Shown here piece by piece: positions 18,180-28,886 of a DNA stretch of 64,000 bases. Each line of letters begins with the position of its first letter. Position 1 is the stretch's first letter. This stretch comes from an uncultured Gemmatimonadales bacterium (lineage in GTDB: Bacteria; Gemmatimonadota; Gemmatimonadetes; Longimicrobiales; RSA9). The translations under genes were made by a program, and so were the position numbers. The DNA is taken from positions 192,001-256,000 of the forward strand of contig CAVUKA010000005.1 in the NCBI GenBank assembly GCA_963741945.1, read 5' to 3'. Below the pieces are notes generated by a model that was not told the DNA's origin, made no database searches, and saw only the letters and a program-made list of their open reading frames with translations.

Positions 18180-18718
18180 ACAGCGTACTCCTCCGCAAAT
18201 TCCGACAGCTCTTCCCGCAGGATCCGGCGGGCCCGGAACAGCCTTGCCTTGGACGTCCCGGTCGCCACGTCCAGCGTGTCCCCGATCTCCTCGTGCGTGT
18301 AGCCTTCCACGTCGTGCATCACGAACACCGTCCGGTATATGTCCGGCAGCTCGTCGATGGCCCGATGCAGCCGCTCCTTCAGGTCCGGCTCCACCGCCAC
18401 CGGCGTTGTGCGACCCGGTGCCGCCGCATCCAGCTCCACTTCCCGGGTCCGGTTCCGCTTCACCTTCCGCATCCCGTTCAGCGTGACCGACACCGTGATC
18501 GAGTGGAGCCAGGTGAAGAGCGCCGCGTCCCCGCGGAACTGGTGCAGCCGCTCGAAAGCGCGCACGAATGCTTCCTGCGTGAACTCCCGCGCCAGCTCCT
18601 CGTCGCCGGCCATCCGGTACGCCAGACGGTAGACGCGGTCCACGTTCTCGTCGTAGAGCGTTCGGGCCGCGGCCTCATCGCCGCCCAGCACGCGCTCCAC
18701 CAGCATGGTCTCGGTCAA
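18176..18718 (-). CDS. ECF-family RNA polymerase sigma factor
   Basis: Region 2 (TQEAFVRAF, FRGDAALFTWL) and region 4 (VFVMHDVEGYTHEEIG, GTSKARLFRAR). Start is TTG 18718 or ATG 18706. Confidence 0.93.
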   Translation of the reverse strand: MTETMLVERVLGGDEAAARTLYDENVDRVYRLAYRMAGDEELAREFTQEAFVRAFERLHQFRGDAALFTWLHSITVSVTLNGMRKVKRNRTREVELDAAAPGRTTPVAVEPDLKERLHRAIDELPDIYRTVFVMHDVEGYTHEEIGDTLDVATGTSKARLFRARRILREELSEFAEEYAV

Positions 18719-18756
18719 TCGCGATCGCGGAAACGGTTTCCGTTGTCCTCGGTCTG

Positions 18757-18785
18757 TAGGACACAGCCGAGGGGGAGAGGGTTGC
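18757..18785 (-). promoter_or_regulatory. Candidate autoregulatory ECF promoter
   Basis: Minus strand GCAACC-N16-TGTCCTA matches the ECF AAC/GTC core. Confidence 0.55.
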
Positions 18786-18863
18786 GAGGAGACGGAAAGA
18801 CGGTACGACGATACGAAGGAGGGACGGGGAGGCACCAGGCCGCTGCCGGACTCCCTCTCCGTC

Positions 18864-20471
18864 CTAGCGGGCAGGCGTCGTCTCGTTCCCGCTGGGCAGG
18901 GTCAGGGTAAAGGCGGAACCGGCGCCCGGCTCGCTCTCCAGCCGGACGGTCCCGCCGAGCAGCTCGGCGAGGCGCCGGGAAATGGCGAGACCGAGGCCGG
19001 TGCCACTGGGGCCGGTGCCCCCGGGACCAGCAGCGCGACCGACCTGCTCGAACTCATCGAAGATGCGGTCCTGGTCCTCCGGCCGGATCCCGGGGCCGGT
19101 GTCGCTCACGCGAACCTCCACCATTTCCGCATCATCTTCCCCCGCGGCAACGGACAGGGCGACGGTGACGCCGCCTTCCTCCGTGAACTTCACGGCGTTC
19201 GAGAGCAGGTTGAGCACGATCTGGCGAACGCGGGCCGGGTCCGTGGTGACCACGAGCGCGTCGGGCGTGTCCATGTCCAGGTAGATCCCCTTCTCTCGGG
19301 CCTGGAGCTGGAGCGACGTGGCCGTGTCCCGGAGCAGGCCGGCGAGTTCCACCTGCTCGGGGAAGACCTGCAGCTTCCCCGCCTCGATCTTGGAGATGTC
19401 GAGAATGTCGTCCACCAGCTCCAGCAGGTGCTGGGCGCTCCGGTTCGCCTTGCGCAGCGCGTCCATCTGCCGATCGCTCAGGTCGCCGAAGATCTTCTCC
19501 TGGAGCAGGTGGTTGTAGCCGATGACGGCGTTGATGGGAGTCCGCAACTCATGGCTCAGAGAAGCGAAAAAGCGGGAGCGCTCGGTTATGGCCCGCTCGA
19601 GGTCCCGCGCCTGCCGCCTCGCCCGCTGGTTCAGGAGCGCGCGATCGAGCGCCATGGCCGCCTGGCTGCTCAGGGTCTTGAGCAGAGGTCCGTCCACGTC
19701 CTCCCGGAACGCGCCGGCGGCGCGAGCGAGGAGCACGAGCAGGACCCGGCTGGGCTCGCGGGCCACGCTCGCCACGGCGGCAGCGCGGAAGTCGGCCTGG
19801 ACGTACGGCGCCACGAGATCGGCGGTGGCATCGTCATCCAGGAAGCGGGCGGTGGCGTGCCCACCGTCCCAGGCTCCCTGCCCCATGGCGGCGATCAGGG
19901 CATCGAGGCCCTCGGGCAGGTCCGGCCCCTCGTGGGCGCGGACGCGCTCGCGCCCGTTCCGGCGCACCACGAGGCCGATGGCATCGGCCCGGAAGATCTT
20001 GCGGGCCTCCCGTATGAACTGGTGGGCGAGGGCTTCCGGCTCCACCGACTGGAGCAGGGCGTCGGAAATGCGCGCGATGGCCGACATCTCGTCGTGGCTG
20101 CGCTTGATCTGCTCCATCACGCCTACGCGGGCCAACAGCTCGGCCTTGCTGCACCCCTTGCTCAGGAAATCGTACGCGCCCAGGCGGAGGCCGCGCACGA
20201 TGAGCTCATCCGTCGGAGGGTCCCCGGTGAGGAAGATCACGGGGATCGACTCGGTGAGCGGATCCCGCTTCAGGCGCTCCACCACGGCGAACCCGTCCAT
20301 CTCAGGCATGTGTACGTCGAGGATGATGACGTCGGGAAGCCAGGAGCGCGCGGCGTTCAGCCCCTCGGGGCCGCTCGCTTCCACCCGTACGCTGTGGTCC
20401 GCCTCACCGAGGATCCCGGCCAGCGTGAGGCGCGAGATCTTCTGATCGTCCACCACCAGGATGCGTGCCAT
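18864..20471 (-). CDS. Hybrid REC-(GAF-like)-histidine kinase
   Basis: REC (ILDVHMP), SHELRTPINA, NLLSNAVKFT, DTGPGI, GTGLGL. Confidence 0.92.
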   Translation of the reverse strand: MARILVVDDQKISRLTLAGILGEADHSVRVEASGPEGLNAARSWLPDVIILDVHMPEMDGFAVVERLKRDPLTESIPVIFLTGDPPTDELIVRGLRLGAYDFLSKGCSKAELLARVGVMEQIKRSHDEMSAIARISDALLQSVEPEALAHQFIREARKIFRADAIGLVVRRNGRERVRAHEGPDLPEGLDALIAAMGQGAWDGGHATARFLDDDATADLVAPYVQADFRAAAVASVAREPSRVLLVLLARAAGAFREDVDGPLLKTLSSQAAMALDRALLNQRARRQARDLERAITERSRFFASLSHELRTPINAVIGYNHLLQEKIFGDLSDRQMDALRKANRSAQHLLELVDDILDISKIEAGKLQVFPEQVELAGLLRDTATSLQLQAREKGIYLDMDTPDALVVTTDPARVRQIVLNLLSNAVKFTEEGGVTVALSVAAGEDDAEMVEVRVSDTGPGIRPEDQDRIFDEFEQVGRAAGPGGTGPSGTGLGLAISRRLAELLGGTVRLESEPGAGSAFTLTLPSGNETTPAR

Positions 20472-21553
20472 TACCCCAGCTCCGCGCCGAAGAGATCGAG
20501 GATGGCGCCCGGGATCCGGTCGAGGGGAAGGACCTGCTCGGCGTGGGGGCCGGCGGCGCGGGGCATGCCGAAGATGACCGCGCTCTCTTCGGCTTCGGCC
20601 AGTGTGCGGGCACCCGCTCGCCGCATTTCGGCCAGCCCCTCCGCACCGTCCTGGCCCATGCCGGTGAGAACCACGCCGATGGCACGGGAGCCGGCTGCCC
20701 GGGCCACCGACGACAGGAGGTCGTCCACGGACGGGCGGTGAAGGAGGCGGTCGGAGCCGGTCGGAATGCGGACGCGCAGCCCGTCGTCGCCCTGCTCCAC
20801 TCTGAACTGCCGCCCGCCCACGCCGACCAGCGCCACGCCGGGCTCCACACGGTCGCCGTCGCGCGCTTCCCGGACTCGCAGCGCCGAGCGGCGGTCGAGG
20901 CGCTGGGCCAGCGTCTCCGTGAAACCGGGCGGCATATGCTGCGCGATGACGATCCCCGCGGGGAAGCTGGCCGGGAGGTCCGAGAGGATGCGGACGAGCG
21001 CCCGCGGCCCACCGGTCGACGCGCCCACCGCCACGACATCGTACGCGACGGCGGGGAACGCCGAACGCATGGCTCCCCCGGGTGCCAGTCCGGCGGGAGA
21101 CGGCGCCGTAACCGGCTCGGCCGGGATGGAGCCGGAGCCGGCCGGAAAGCGCGCCCCGGCTACGCCCAGCACCTTCTCGCGCAGCGCCGGAGCGAGCTCA
21201 TAGATGTCCATGCGGCGCCCAGCTTCCGTCTTGCTGATGAAGTCCACCGCGCCGAGGTCCAGTGCCTTGAGCGTCACTTCGGCGCCCGGGTGGGCGTGGG
21301 AGCTGAGGACGAGGATGGGCGTGGGAAACGTGGCCATGATATCGCGGATGGCTTCCAGGCCGTCCACCTCGGGCATGACAATGTCGAGAACGACGACATC
21401 GGGCCGCAGCCGCTTCACCTCCTCCACGGCCTCCCGGCCGTTCGCCGCCGTCCCCACCACGCGAACATGGTCCAGCGGAGCGAGCATCCGCTTCACCGCG
21501 CTGCGCACGAAGGGCGAGTCGTCCACCACCAGCACTGCAATCCGCTCCGGCAC
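20471..21553 (-). CDS. cheB: Protein-glutamate methylesterase CheB with REC domain
   Basis: VVDDS, GASTGGP, QHMP, HRPSVD, LTGMGQDG, IFGMP. Confidence 0.95.
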   Translation of the reverse strand: MPERIAVLVVDDSPFVRSAVKRMLAPLDHVRVVGTAANGREAVEEVKRLRPDVVVLDIVMPEVDGLEAIRDIMATFPTPILVLSSHAHPGAEVTLKALDLGAVDFISKTEAGRRMDIYELAPALREKVLGVAGARFPAGSGSIPAEPVTAPSPAGLAPGGAMRSAFPAVAYDVVAVGASTGGPRALVRILSDLPASFPAGIVIAQHMPPGFTETLAQRLDRRSALRVREARDGDRVEPGVALVGVGGRQFRVEQGDDGLRVRIPTGSDRLLHRPSVDDLLSSVARAAGSRAIGVVLTGMGQDGAEGLAEMRRAGARTLAEAEESAVIFGMPRAAGPHAEQVLPLDRIPGAILDLFGAELG

Positions 21554-21554
21554 G

Positions 21555-22397
21555 TCACTCCTTCGGCCGCGAGTAGAAGATGGCCCCCGGTCGTCGCTCC
21601 GGGGCGAAGCGGGTCGGAATGCGGCTCAACGTCTCCGAGTGGCCCAGGAACAGGTAGCCGCCTGGCCTCAACACGGCATACAGGTTGTCCACCGCCCGCC
21701 GGATCCCGGCCTCGTCGAAGTAGATCAGGACGTTTCGGCAGAACGCCACATCCTGCCGCGGCAGCGCTGCGCCGAACCCCGGGTCCACGAGATTGCCCTG
21801 CTGAAACCGTGCCGCCGCACGCACACCGGACTTCAGCCGCCAGTGGTCCGACCCCTCCGGGGTGAAGAGCCGGCTCCGCGTCTCGGGCTCGACGCCACGG
21901 AAGGCGTGGGCCCGGAACACCGCCGTCCGGGCTCGCTCCAGCGCCGCCCCATCCACGTCCACCCCCGTGATCACCGGCTCCAGGCCCGTCCCCCGAAGCG
22001 CGTCCATCGCCACGCTCGCCAGCGTGTACGCCTCTTCTCCCGACGCGCTGCCCGCGCTCAGGATCCTCAGCTCCGTCCGACCGTCCGCCTGCGCCGCCCG
22101 CGCCAGCCCGGGAAGGACTTCCCGACGGAGCACGTCCAGCTGTCCTCGCTCGCGGAAGAAGTAGCTCTCGTTGTTTGTCAGGTGCGAGACGAGACGGAGC
22201 CGCTCCTCACGCGCCGACGGGTGGTAGCGCACGCGGAAGAGCAGCTGCTCGAACGACGGCAGGTTCAGCGCGGCACGGCGGGGCTCCAGCCGTGCCCGCA
22301 GGATCTCCCGCTTCTCGGGGCCGAACCGGAGCCCGAACTCTCCCGCCAGCCACTCGGCGAAAAGGTGAAACTCGTCGTCCGTGAGCGGTGGCGGCAA
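21555..22397 (-). CDS. cheR: Chemotaxis methyltransferase CheR
   Basis: TNNESYFFRE, SAGSASGEEAY, FCRNVLIYFD, GGYLFLGHSE. Confidence 0.95.
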   Translation of the reverse strand: MPPPLTDDEFHLFAEWLAGEFGLRFGPEKREILRARLEPRRAALNLPSFEQLLFRVRYHPSAREERLRLVSHLTNNESYFFRERGQLDVLRREVLPGLARAAQADGRTELRILSAGSASGEEAYTLASVAMDALRGTGLEPVITGVDVDGAALERARTAVFRAHAFRGVEPETRSRLFTPEGSDHWRLKSGVRAAARFQQGNLVDPGFGAALPRQDVAFCRNVLIYFDEAGIRRAVDNLYAVLRPGGYLFLGHSETLSRIPTRFAPERRPGAIFYSRPKE

Positions 22398-24179
22398 TCA
22401 ACCCTCCTCGATGCTTCGCCTCGCCTCCGCACGTACGGGCGGGGAGGGGTCGGAGGAGGCCAGCCGCTCGAGCCACTCTCGCTCCGGCAGTCCGCGCCGC
22501 GCGATGATGCGGACCGCGCCCACGCGCACCCATTCGTCCTCGTCGCCAGTGAGCCGCTCCACGATCTCCCGTGGAAGCGCGTCGGCCACTTCCAGCGCCG
22601 ACCGGACCGCCGTTCGCCTGCGGTCCAGGTCGCTGGAGGCGAGACTCGGCACGAGCGCTTCCGCCGCCGCGGCCCCGCCCACCTGCCCGAGCGCCCGCAA
22701 CGCGGCCAGCGCCTCCGCCTCGGGGCCGTCCAGGTGACGCCGGAGGTACGGGACCGCAGCCGGCAGCCGCTCCTCCCCCAGCGCTGCAATGGCCGCGATC
22801 CGCGTCTCGGCGTCCGGGTCGTCGAGCGCCAGCACGAGCGGGCCGATCGGGCCGCCCGCGCGCCCGAGAGCACGGAGCAGGGCACGTCGCGTGGCCGGCA
22901 GCGATTCGCTCCCCAGCGCATCCTCCAGTGCGCGGACCACGGAGGGGTCCGCGCACTGCGCCAGCGCTTCCGCCGCCGCCGTCCGGATGTCGGGCGACGG
23001 GTCGGTCATGAGCGGGACCAGGGCGGCACACGCTGTGTCCCCGAGGCCGCCCATGGCGCGCACCACTTCCGCCGCCCCGCCCGCTCGCTCCACCTCCGCC
23101 GCCAGCAGCGGCAGTGCCCACTCCGTGGGGGACCGCGCCAGCGCTTTCGCCGCCGCTCCGATCACGTCCGCATCCGGGTGCGAGAGGAGGCCAGCGAGCG
23201 CGGCGATGTGAGCGTGGTCCTGCACGGGGGGCAGCAGGGACAGGAGCATCACCAGCTCCTCGGAGTCCAAGGCGGGGAAGCGGGCCACCAGCGCATCCGC
23301 GCGCTCCTCCGCAGGCGCCGCGAGCAGCCCGGCAAGGGCCGCTTCACTGCGACGAGGTGGCCCGAGCAGCTCCGCCAGCCGCGCCAGACCGGCCGGTGAC
23401 GCGGCGATCCCCGCGAGACGAGCCGCAGCAGGGTCGTCGTCCTGCTCCAGCGCGCCCAGCAGCTCTCCCTCCTGCTCCACGGCCGACTGCCGGACCCATG
23501 CCGGCACGGGCCGATCCGGAAATGCGCACAACACAGCGCCCGCGGCCAGCAGCGCTTCCATGGGCCTCGAGCGCGCCAGGATCCGCAGCACGGGCAGCAC
23601 CGCTGGATCATTGACTTCCCGCAGCGCTTCGATCAGCGGTATTTCCGCCCCCGGGAGATCCGCGGTCCGCGCCAGCGCCGGAATGCTGCGGGTGTCCCGA
23701 AGCCGGCCGAGCGCCACGATCGCCGCCGCGCGCACCCAGAGCTCGGGAGCGTCCGCCAGCGCGGCGAGGGGCTCGACGGCTTCCGGAGCACCGATCTCGC
23801 CCAGCGCGTCCGCCGCGGCAGCCACCACATTGGCGGACGGATCCCCGAGGGCCGCGACCAGCGGGTCAGCGACGGCGGTGGAGCCACTTTCGCCGAGCGC
23901 GGAAGCGGCGAGGACGCGGAGGTCTTCATCCCCGGCGGCGAGCGCGTCGAGCAGGAGCCGACGCGCGGCGGACGCGGAGGGAGAGCCGTCTGCCGCTGCA
24001 GCGGCGAGGGCCATGCGGGCGGCCGCGCGCGTGCGGGCATCGCTGTCGGCGAGGGCGGCGCGGCAGGCGGCGAGCTGGTCGTCGAGGAGGCCACGTTGGC
24101 GGATCCGCTCGAGGGTGTGGTGGCGAGACCACTCGTCGTCGCCGACGAGCGACTCCAGCGCCGCGACCCGATCAGACAT
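22398..24179 (-). CDS. Cytoplasmic HEAT-repeat (PBS-lyase-like) protein inside the che operon
   Basis: Many LxDxDxxVRxAAAxALG repeats, no signal peptide; overlaps the MCP stop and abuts cheR. Confidence 0.88.
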   Translation of the reverse strand: MSDRVAALESLVGDDEWSRHHTLERIRQRGLLDDQLAACRAALADSDARTRAAARMALAAAAADGSPSASAARRLLLDALAAGDEDLRVLAASALGESGSTAVADPLVAALGDPSANVVAAAADALGEIGAPEAVEPLAALADAPELWVRAAAIVALGRLRDTRSIPALARTADLPGAEIPLIEALREVNDPAVLPVLRILARSRPMEALLAAGAVLCAFPDRPVPAWVRQSAVEQEGELLGALEQDDDPAAARLAGIAASPAGLARLAELLGPPRRSEAALAGLLAAPAEERADALVARFPALDSEELVMLLSLLPPVQDHAHIAALAGLLSHPDADVIGAAAKALARSPTEWALPLLAAEVERAGGAAEVVRAMGGLGDTACAALVPLMTDPSPDIRTAAAEALAQCADPSVVRALEDALGSESLPATRRALLRALGRAGGPIGPLVLALDDPDAETRIAAIAALGEERLPAAVPYLRRHLDGPEAEALAALRALGQVGGAAAAEALVPSLASSDLDRRRTAVRSALEVADALPREIVERLTGDEDEWVRVGAVRIIARRGLPEREWLERLASSDPSPPVRAEARRSIEEG

Positions 24180-26130
24180 GGAACGTGCTCACGAGCGCCG
24201 TGAGCCGGGTGGCCTGAGCGGACAGGTCGCGCGCGGCCCTGACCAGCTCCTGCACGGCCGACTGCGCGTCCCGGGCGCCGCCGCTGATCTGCTCCGTGCT
24301 CTGGAGGATGAGCTCGCCGCCCCGCTTCTGCTCCGCCGTCGCCTCGAACACCTCCTGGGTCTGACGGTTCATCCGCTCCACCGCCTCCACGATCTGGCGG
24401 CTGCTCATCGCCTGCTCTCGGGTGGCGATGCGGGACTCCTCCGCGATTCGCTGGATGTGCCGCATCGCCTCGTGCGTCTGCGACGCGGCCCGGGTCTGCT
24501 CCTCCGTGGCCACCGCCACTTCGTCCATCAGGTCCCGCGTGCGCGTCGACGATTCCAGGATCTTCGTGAGCACTCCGGCCGCCCGCTCCACCACTTCCCG
24601 CCCCTCTCTCGTCCGCTCCGCCATCACATCGCTGGATTCGGTCGCGTCTCGCACCCGCGCCCGCACCTCATCAATGGTCCCCCGGATGTCGCGCGCGGAC
24701 TCCACCGAGCGCTCGGCCAGGCGGCGCACCTCCTGCGCCACCACCGCGAAGCCGCGCCCGTGCTCCCCGGCCCGCGCAGCCTCGATGGATGCGTTCAGGG
24801 CCAGCAGGTTGGTCTGGTCCGCGATCTCTTCCATGAGCTCCGAGATCCGGTCCACCGACTCCCCGGCGCGGTCCAGCGCGTGGATGGTGGTCACGAGGCG
24901 GTTCAGGTCCTGGTGGATCGCGTCCATCCCGGCCGTGACCTGGCTCATGGCCGCGCCACCGTCCTGCGCGTCCTCCGCCGCGCTTTCCGCGATGCGCCGC
25001 GTCTCGACCGTGTGATGCTCCGCCTGCGTGATCGACGCCGCCATTTCCTCCATGGTGGTCGACGTCTCATCCACCGCGCTGCCCAGCGCTTCCGAGTTCA
25101 CGGCCGTGGACTCGATCGCCTGCCCCATCTGCGCGATGGAGCTCGACGTCTGGTCCACCGATGCGGCCAGCGCCTCCGTGTTCTGCGCCACGCGGGCGAT
25201 CTGCGCCGCGATCTCCTCCATGGATGACGACATCGCTTCCGTCGACCCCACCTGGTCATCCACGGTGCTCGAGATCCGCTCCGACGTCGCCGCGATCTGC
25301 TCCGCCGCAGAGGCCACCTGCGTGGTGGTCTCGTTCACTTCGCCCACCAGCCGCCGCAGCTTCGAGGACATCGTGTTCAGCGAATCCTCCAGCCGACCCA
25401 GCTCGTCGTCCCCCGTGGACTCCAGCCGCCCCGTCAGGTCGCCGCCCGCCACCGCCTCGGCGAACAGCACCGCCCGGTTGAGCGGACGGGCGATGCGGCC
25501 CGCGATCCACACCGCCACGATGACGCCCACGGTCACGGCAAGCACCGTCAGGAGGACGGTCAGGATCTGCATACGGGCAACCGCTTCCTGCATGCGGGCG
25601 TGGCGCTCGCTCGCGATGGCCTGCGCTCGCGCGTCCAGGCGACGCAGCACGTCGCGCGACCGGGTCCCCTCCCCGCCGCTCAGCGCCTGCAGCACGGCCG
25701 GCGGAAGCGGCCCGGTCAGCGCCTGTCGCTTCGCTTCGATGGCCGGCTCCGCCACTTGCTGTGTCCACACCTGGGCCACCGTCACGGCCGTGTCCAGCCG
25801 CGCCACCTGCGACGAGTCTCGGATCAGCGATCTCGCCTCCTGCGCGTGCTGCTCCAGCCGCTCGCCCGCCGCCGTGTACTGCTCCAGCGCCGCCGCATCG
25901 CCGGTGAGCATGAAGTCCCGCAGCGCCGTGAGTCGATCGGCCACGGCAGCGTTCATCAGCGCCGTGGCGGTCTGCACGTTCTCGACCCGGTCCAGCTGCG
26001 TGCGCTCCGATTCCAGCGCGGCACCCTGGACGAAGACCACCACGCCGATCAGGGCAGTGAAGAGTACCACGATCCCATAGCCGAGCAGGATCTTGTTTCG
26101 AACGCGCGTATTCGTGAACCAGTCCACCAT
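24172..26130 (-). CDS. Methyl-accepting chemotaxis protein
   Basis: TM, helical sensor, [43 protein letters not shown]. Confidence 0.95.
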   Translation of the reverse strand: MVDWFTNTRVRNKILLGYGIVVLFTALIGVVVFVQGAALESERTQLDRVENVQTATALMNAAVADRLTALRDFMLTGDAAALEQYTAAGERLEQHAQEARSLIRDSSQVARLDTAVTVAQVWTQQVAEPAIEAKRQALTGPLPPAVLQALSGGEGTRSRDVLRRLDARAQAIASERHARMQEAVARMQILTVLLTVLAVTVGVIVAVWIAGRIARPLNRAVLFAEAVAGGDLTGRLESTGDDELGRLEDSLNTMSSKLRRLVGEVNETTTQVASAAEQIAATSERISSTVDDQVGSTEAMSSSMEEIAAQIARVAQNTEALAASVDQTSSSIAQMGQAIESTAVNSEALGSAVDETSTTMEEMAASITQAEHHTVETRRIAESAAEDAQDGGAAMSQVTAGMDAIHQDLNRLVTTIHALDRAGESVDRISELMEEIADQTNLLALNASIEAARAGEHGRGFAVVAQEVRRLAERSVESARDIRGTIDEVRARVRDATESSDVMAERTREGREVVERAAGVLTKILESSTRTRDLMDEVAVATEEQTRAASQTHEAMRHIQRIAEESRIATREQAMSSRQIVEAVERMNRQTQEVFEATAEQKRGGELILQSTEQISGGARDAQSAVQELVRAARDLSAQATRLTALVSTFHV

Positions 26131-26134
26131 CCGC

Positions 26135-26674
26135 TCACGCCTCCTTGCTCGTGGACCCGGGCGGAGCGGTTGCCCGCCCGAGATGCAGCACCGTTACTGC
26201 ACCGTCTTCCGCGGCCACCAGCCCGCTGGCCACGCCTGCGCGAAGGCCGGATTCGGCCGGACGCGGGGGCGGCCCGACCTCCGACGCGCCGACCGGGAGG
26301 AGAGAGGTGGCGCGGTCCACCAGCAATCCGACCACCGTTGCCGTTTCCGTGTTCCGGGCCAGGACCAGGCGCCCGGGCCGCTTCGCCGGCGTCGAGAGCA
26401 GGCGCAGCCCGAGGTCCAGCACGGGGATGACGTCGCCACGGACGTGGGTCACGCCGGCGAGCTCGGCGCTCGCGACCGGGAGGCGACTGATCGGCGGCGT
26501 TTCCACGATCTCCATCACCTCGTCCGCCCAGACGCCGAAGCGCGCCTCGCCCAGCTCGACCACGAGCAGCCCACGGGGCGCGGCACCGGGCGCCTCTTCC
26601 GCAGCACGGCCTTCCCAGTCCTGCCCTCCATCCGCCATGGGGCTCCCGCGGTCGCCCGGCTCCGGGCGAGTCAT
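26135..26674 (-). CDS. cheW: CheW adaptor
   Basis: [27 protein letters not shown]. Start is 26674 or 26638. Confidence 0.9.
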   Translation of the reverse strand: MTRPEPGDRGSPMADGGQDWEGRAAEEAPGAAPRGLLVVELGEARFGVWADEVMEIVETPPISRLPVASAELAGVTHVRGDVIPVLDLGLRLLSTPAKRPGRLVLARNTETATVVGLLVDRATSLLPVGASEVGPPPRPAESGLRAGVASGLVAAEDGAVTVLHLGRATAPPGSTSKEA

Positions 26675-27060
26675 GGACGGCGCCCGGGCGCCAGGTCGCT
26701 GATCGCCTCCAGCAGCTGGGCCGGCTCCCACGGCTTGCACAGGTAGCGGTCGGCGCCCGCCTCGAACGCGGCATCGCGGTCGGCGTCTCCGCACTCGGTG
26801 GACACCACCACTACCCGCACGGAACCGAGCCCGAGCTCCGTCCGCAGCCGGCGGATGAAGGTGATGCCATCGAGGCGAGGAAGGTTGACGTCCACGATGC
26901 AGAGGTCCAGGTCGGGCTCGGCCGCGGCCATGTCCAGCCCCTCGATGCCGTCGCCCGCGAAGCGAAGCGACTCCGCCTCGTCGGCCAGCAGCATGCGGTA
27001 GAGGCTCTGCATCATCGGGCTGTCCTCCAGAACCAGGACCCTGCCGAGACGGATGCTCAC
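26671..27060 (-). CDS. Single-domain CheY-like response regulator
   Basis: LEDS, IVDVNLPRLDG, VSTE, AGADRYLCKP. Confidence 0.88.
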   Translation of the reverse strand: MSIRLGRVLVLEDSPMMQSLYRMLLADEAESLRFAGDGIEGLDMAAAEPDLDLCIVDVNLPRLDGITFIRRLRTELGLGSVRVVVVSTECGDADRDAAFEAGADRYLCKPWEPAQLLEAISDLAPGRRP

Positions 27061-28682
27061 GCTGCCGCGCTCCCGGCCTGGCGGCCTTGCTTCAGCGCCA
27101 TCACCTGCCGCACGTCCAGCACCAGGATCACCCGGCCGCCAGGACGAACGCTGGCGCCGGAGACGGCCGCTGCCCGCGCGCCGAACGGTGGCAGGTGCTT
27201 GATCAGCAGGTCGCTCTGACCGAGCAGCGCATCCGCGGCGATCACCGCGGTTTCGCGGCCACTCCGCACCACGACCCCGAACGAGCCGCGCGGCTCCTCC
27301 CCTCCCCAGCCGAACAGGCTCGCCAGCCCGATCAGGGGGACCAGGGCACCATCCAGGCGGACCATCTGGCCGGAGCCCACCCGCTCCACGGCCGTCAGCC
27401 TCATCGTGCGGATCACGTCCGTCGCCGGAATGGCCAGCACCTCTCCCCCCGTTTCCAGGACCAGCCCCGGCAACAGCGCCACGGTCAGCGGGAGCCGCAG
27501 GAGGAAGCGCGTGCCCCCTCGATCAGGACGCTCCACGGTGACATCCCCCCGCAGGTCCCGTACGCTCCGGCGGACGACGTCCAGGCCCACGCCCCGGCCG
27601 GAAACGGTGCTGACATCCCGGCGAGTGCTGAAGCCAGACCGGAAGATGAGCTCCACCAGGTCGTCCTCCGGGAGCTCCGTCCCCTCCTCCAGCATTCCCG
27701 CCTCCCCGGCCCTGCGGCGGATCGCGAGGAGATCGAGGCCCTGGCCATCGTCTTCCACCACCACGTGCACCCTGTCCCCTTCCTGTGCCGCGGTCACGCG
27801 GATCGTGCCGTGCCGCGGCTTGCCCGCCCGCTCCCGCACCTCCGGCGCCTGGATGCCATGGTCTATGGCGTTCCGCACCAGGTGCAGGAGTGGCTCTGAC
27901 AGGGCATCCGCGGTGCTCTTGTCCACTTCCGTCCCCTCCCCCTCCACCACCAGTCGCGCCTCCTTGCCCTGCTCTCGCGCCAGCCGACGCACGAGCCCGT
28001 GAAAGCGCGACAGCACACGCGCCATGGGGACCAGGCGCATCCCCATGACCCGATCGCGCACCCCTCGCGCTCTCCGATGCACGCTCTCCACCCGGTCACG
28101 CAACTCTCTGCCCGCCCGGGCCTCCGCCAGCGCGCGCTCCACTGCCGAAAGCTCCCCCATCAGGTCGCCGACTTCGCTCAGCAGCGCATCCAGATTCTCG
28201 AACCGGACACGTATCCGATCCAGCGACACGCCAGTGGCAGAACCGGGACCACCGTCACCCTCCGGCGCCTTCGACCGCGTCGACTCCGCCGGCCGCTCCA
28301 CTTCATCCAGCCGATGGCGCGCCAGCGACAGCCCGCGGAATGCTTCCTCCTGGTCCTCCGTGCCCGCAGACTCCGCCGCCCGACGGAGCGCCGACGCACC
28401 CTCGAACAGTCGCTCCACCATCCGCTCCGGCCACCGCTCGGCCGACGACTTCAGCACGTTCTCCAGCACGTGGACGAAGTCCCGGATCGCGGACAGGCCC
28501 AGCATCCCCGCGTTCCCCTTCAGCGTATGAAGCGCCCGCAGCAGCTCGCTCCGGCCCTCTTCCGGGAGTGATCCTTCCCGCTCGAGACGGATCAGCCCGG
28601 CATCCAGCCGGTCCACCTGGTCCCGGGCTTCATCCCGGAACTCCTCGACAAGCGCGCCAAGGTCGAACGACTCCGCCACCAT
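27057..28682 (-). CDS. cheA: Chemotaxis histidine kinase CheA (short form)
   Basis: Hpt LHTLKGNAG, HLVRNAIDHG, EDDGQGL, SGRGVGLDVV, C-terminal CheW domain. Confidence 0.95.
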   Translation of the reverse strand: MVAESFDLGALVEEFRDEARDQVDRLDAGLIRLEREGSLPEEGRSELLRALHTLKGNAGMLGLSAIRDFVHVLENVLKSSAERWPERMVERLFEGASALRRAAESAGTEDQEEAFRGLSLARHRLDEVERPAESTRSKAPEGDGGPGSATGVSLDRIRVRFENLDALLSEVGDLMGELSAVERALAEARAGRELRDRVESVHRRARGVRDRVMGMRLVPMARVLSRFHGLVRRLAREQGKEARLVVEGEGTEVDKSTADALSEPLLHLVRNAIDHGIQAPEVRERAGKPRHGTIRVTAAQEGDRVHVVVEDDGQGLDLLAIRRRAGEAGMLEEGTELPEDDLVELIFRSGFSTRRDVSTVSGRGVGLDVVRRSVRDLRGDVTVERPDRGGTRFLLRLPLTVALLPGLVLETGGEVLAIPATDVIRTMRLTAVERVGSGQMVRLDGALVPLIGLASLFGWGGEEPRGSFGVVVRSGRETAVIAADALLGQSDLLIKHLPPFGARAAAVSGASVRPGGRVILVLDVRQVMALKQGRQAGSAAA

Positions 28683-28886
28683 TGCCTCACGGGAGGTGCT
28701 TTCGTTGAGTGCCCCGCCCCCACGCGGGATTCATTCCACTCGCGCACACCCGCGTCTCCTTGATTGTTGCTTGATTCTTGCCAGGAAGCGGACCACGAGA
28801 TGCCTTGCCCGAAGTGTTATCCATCGAGACAGTGACATACGGGGCACCCGGCCCCGACCAGCGAACCGAGAAAATGGAGACGGACC

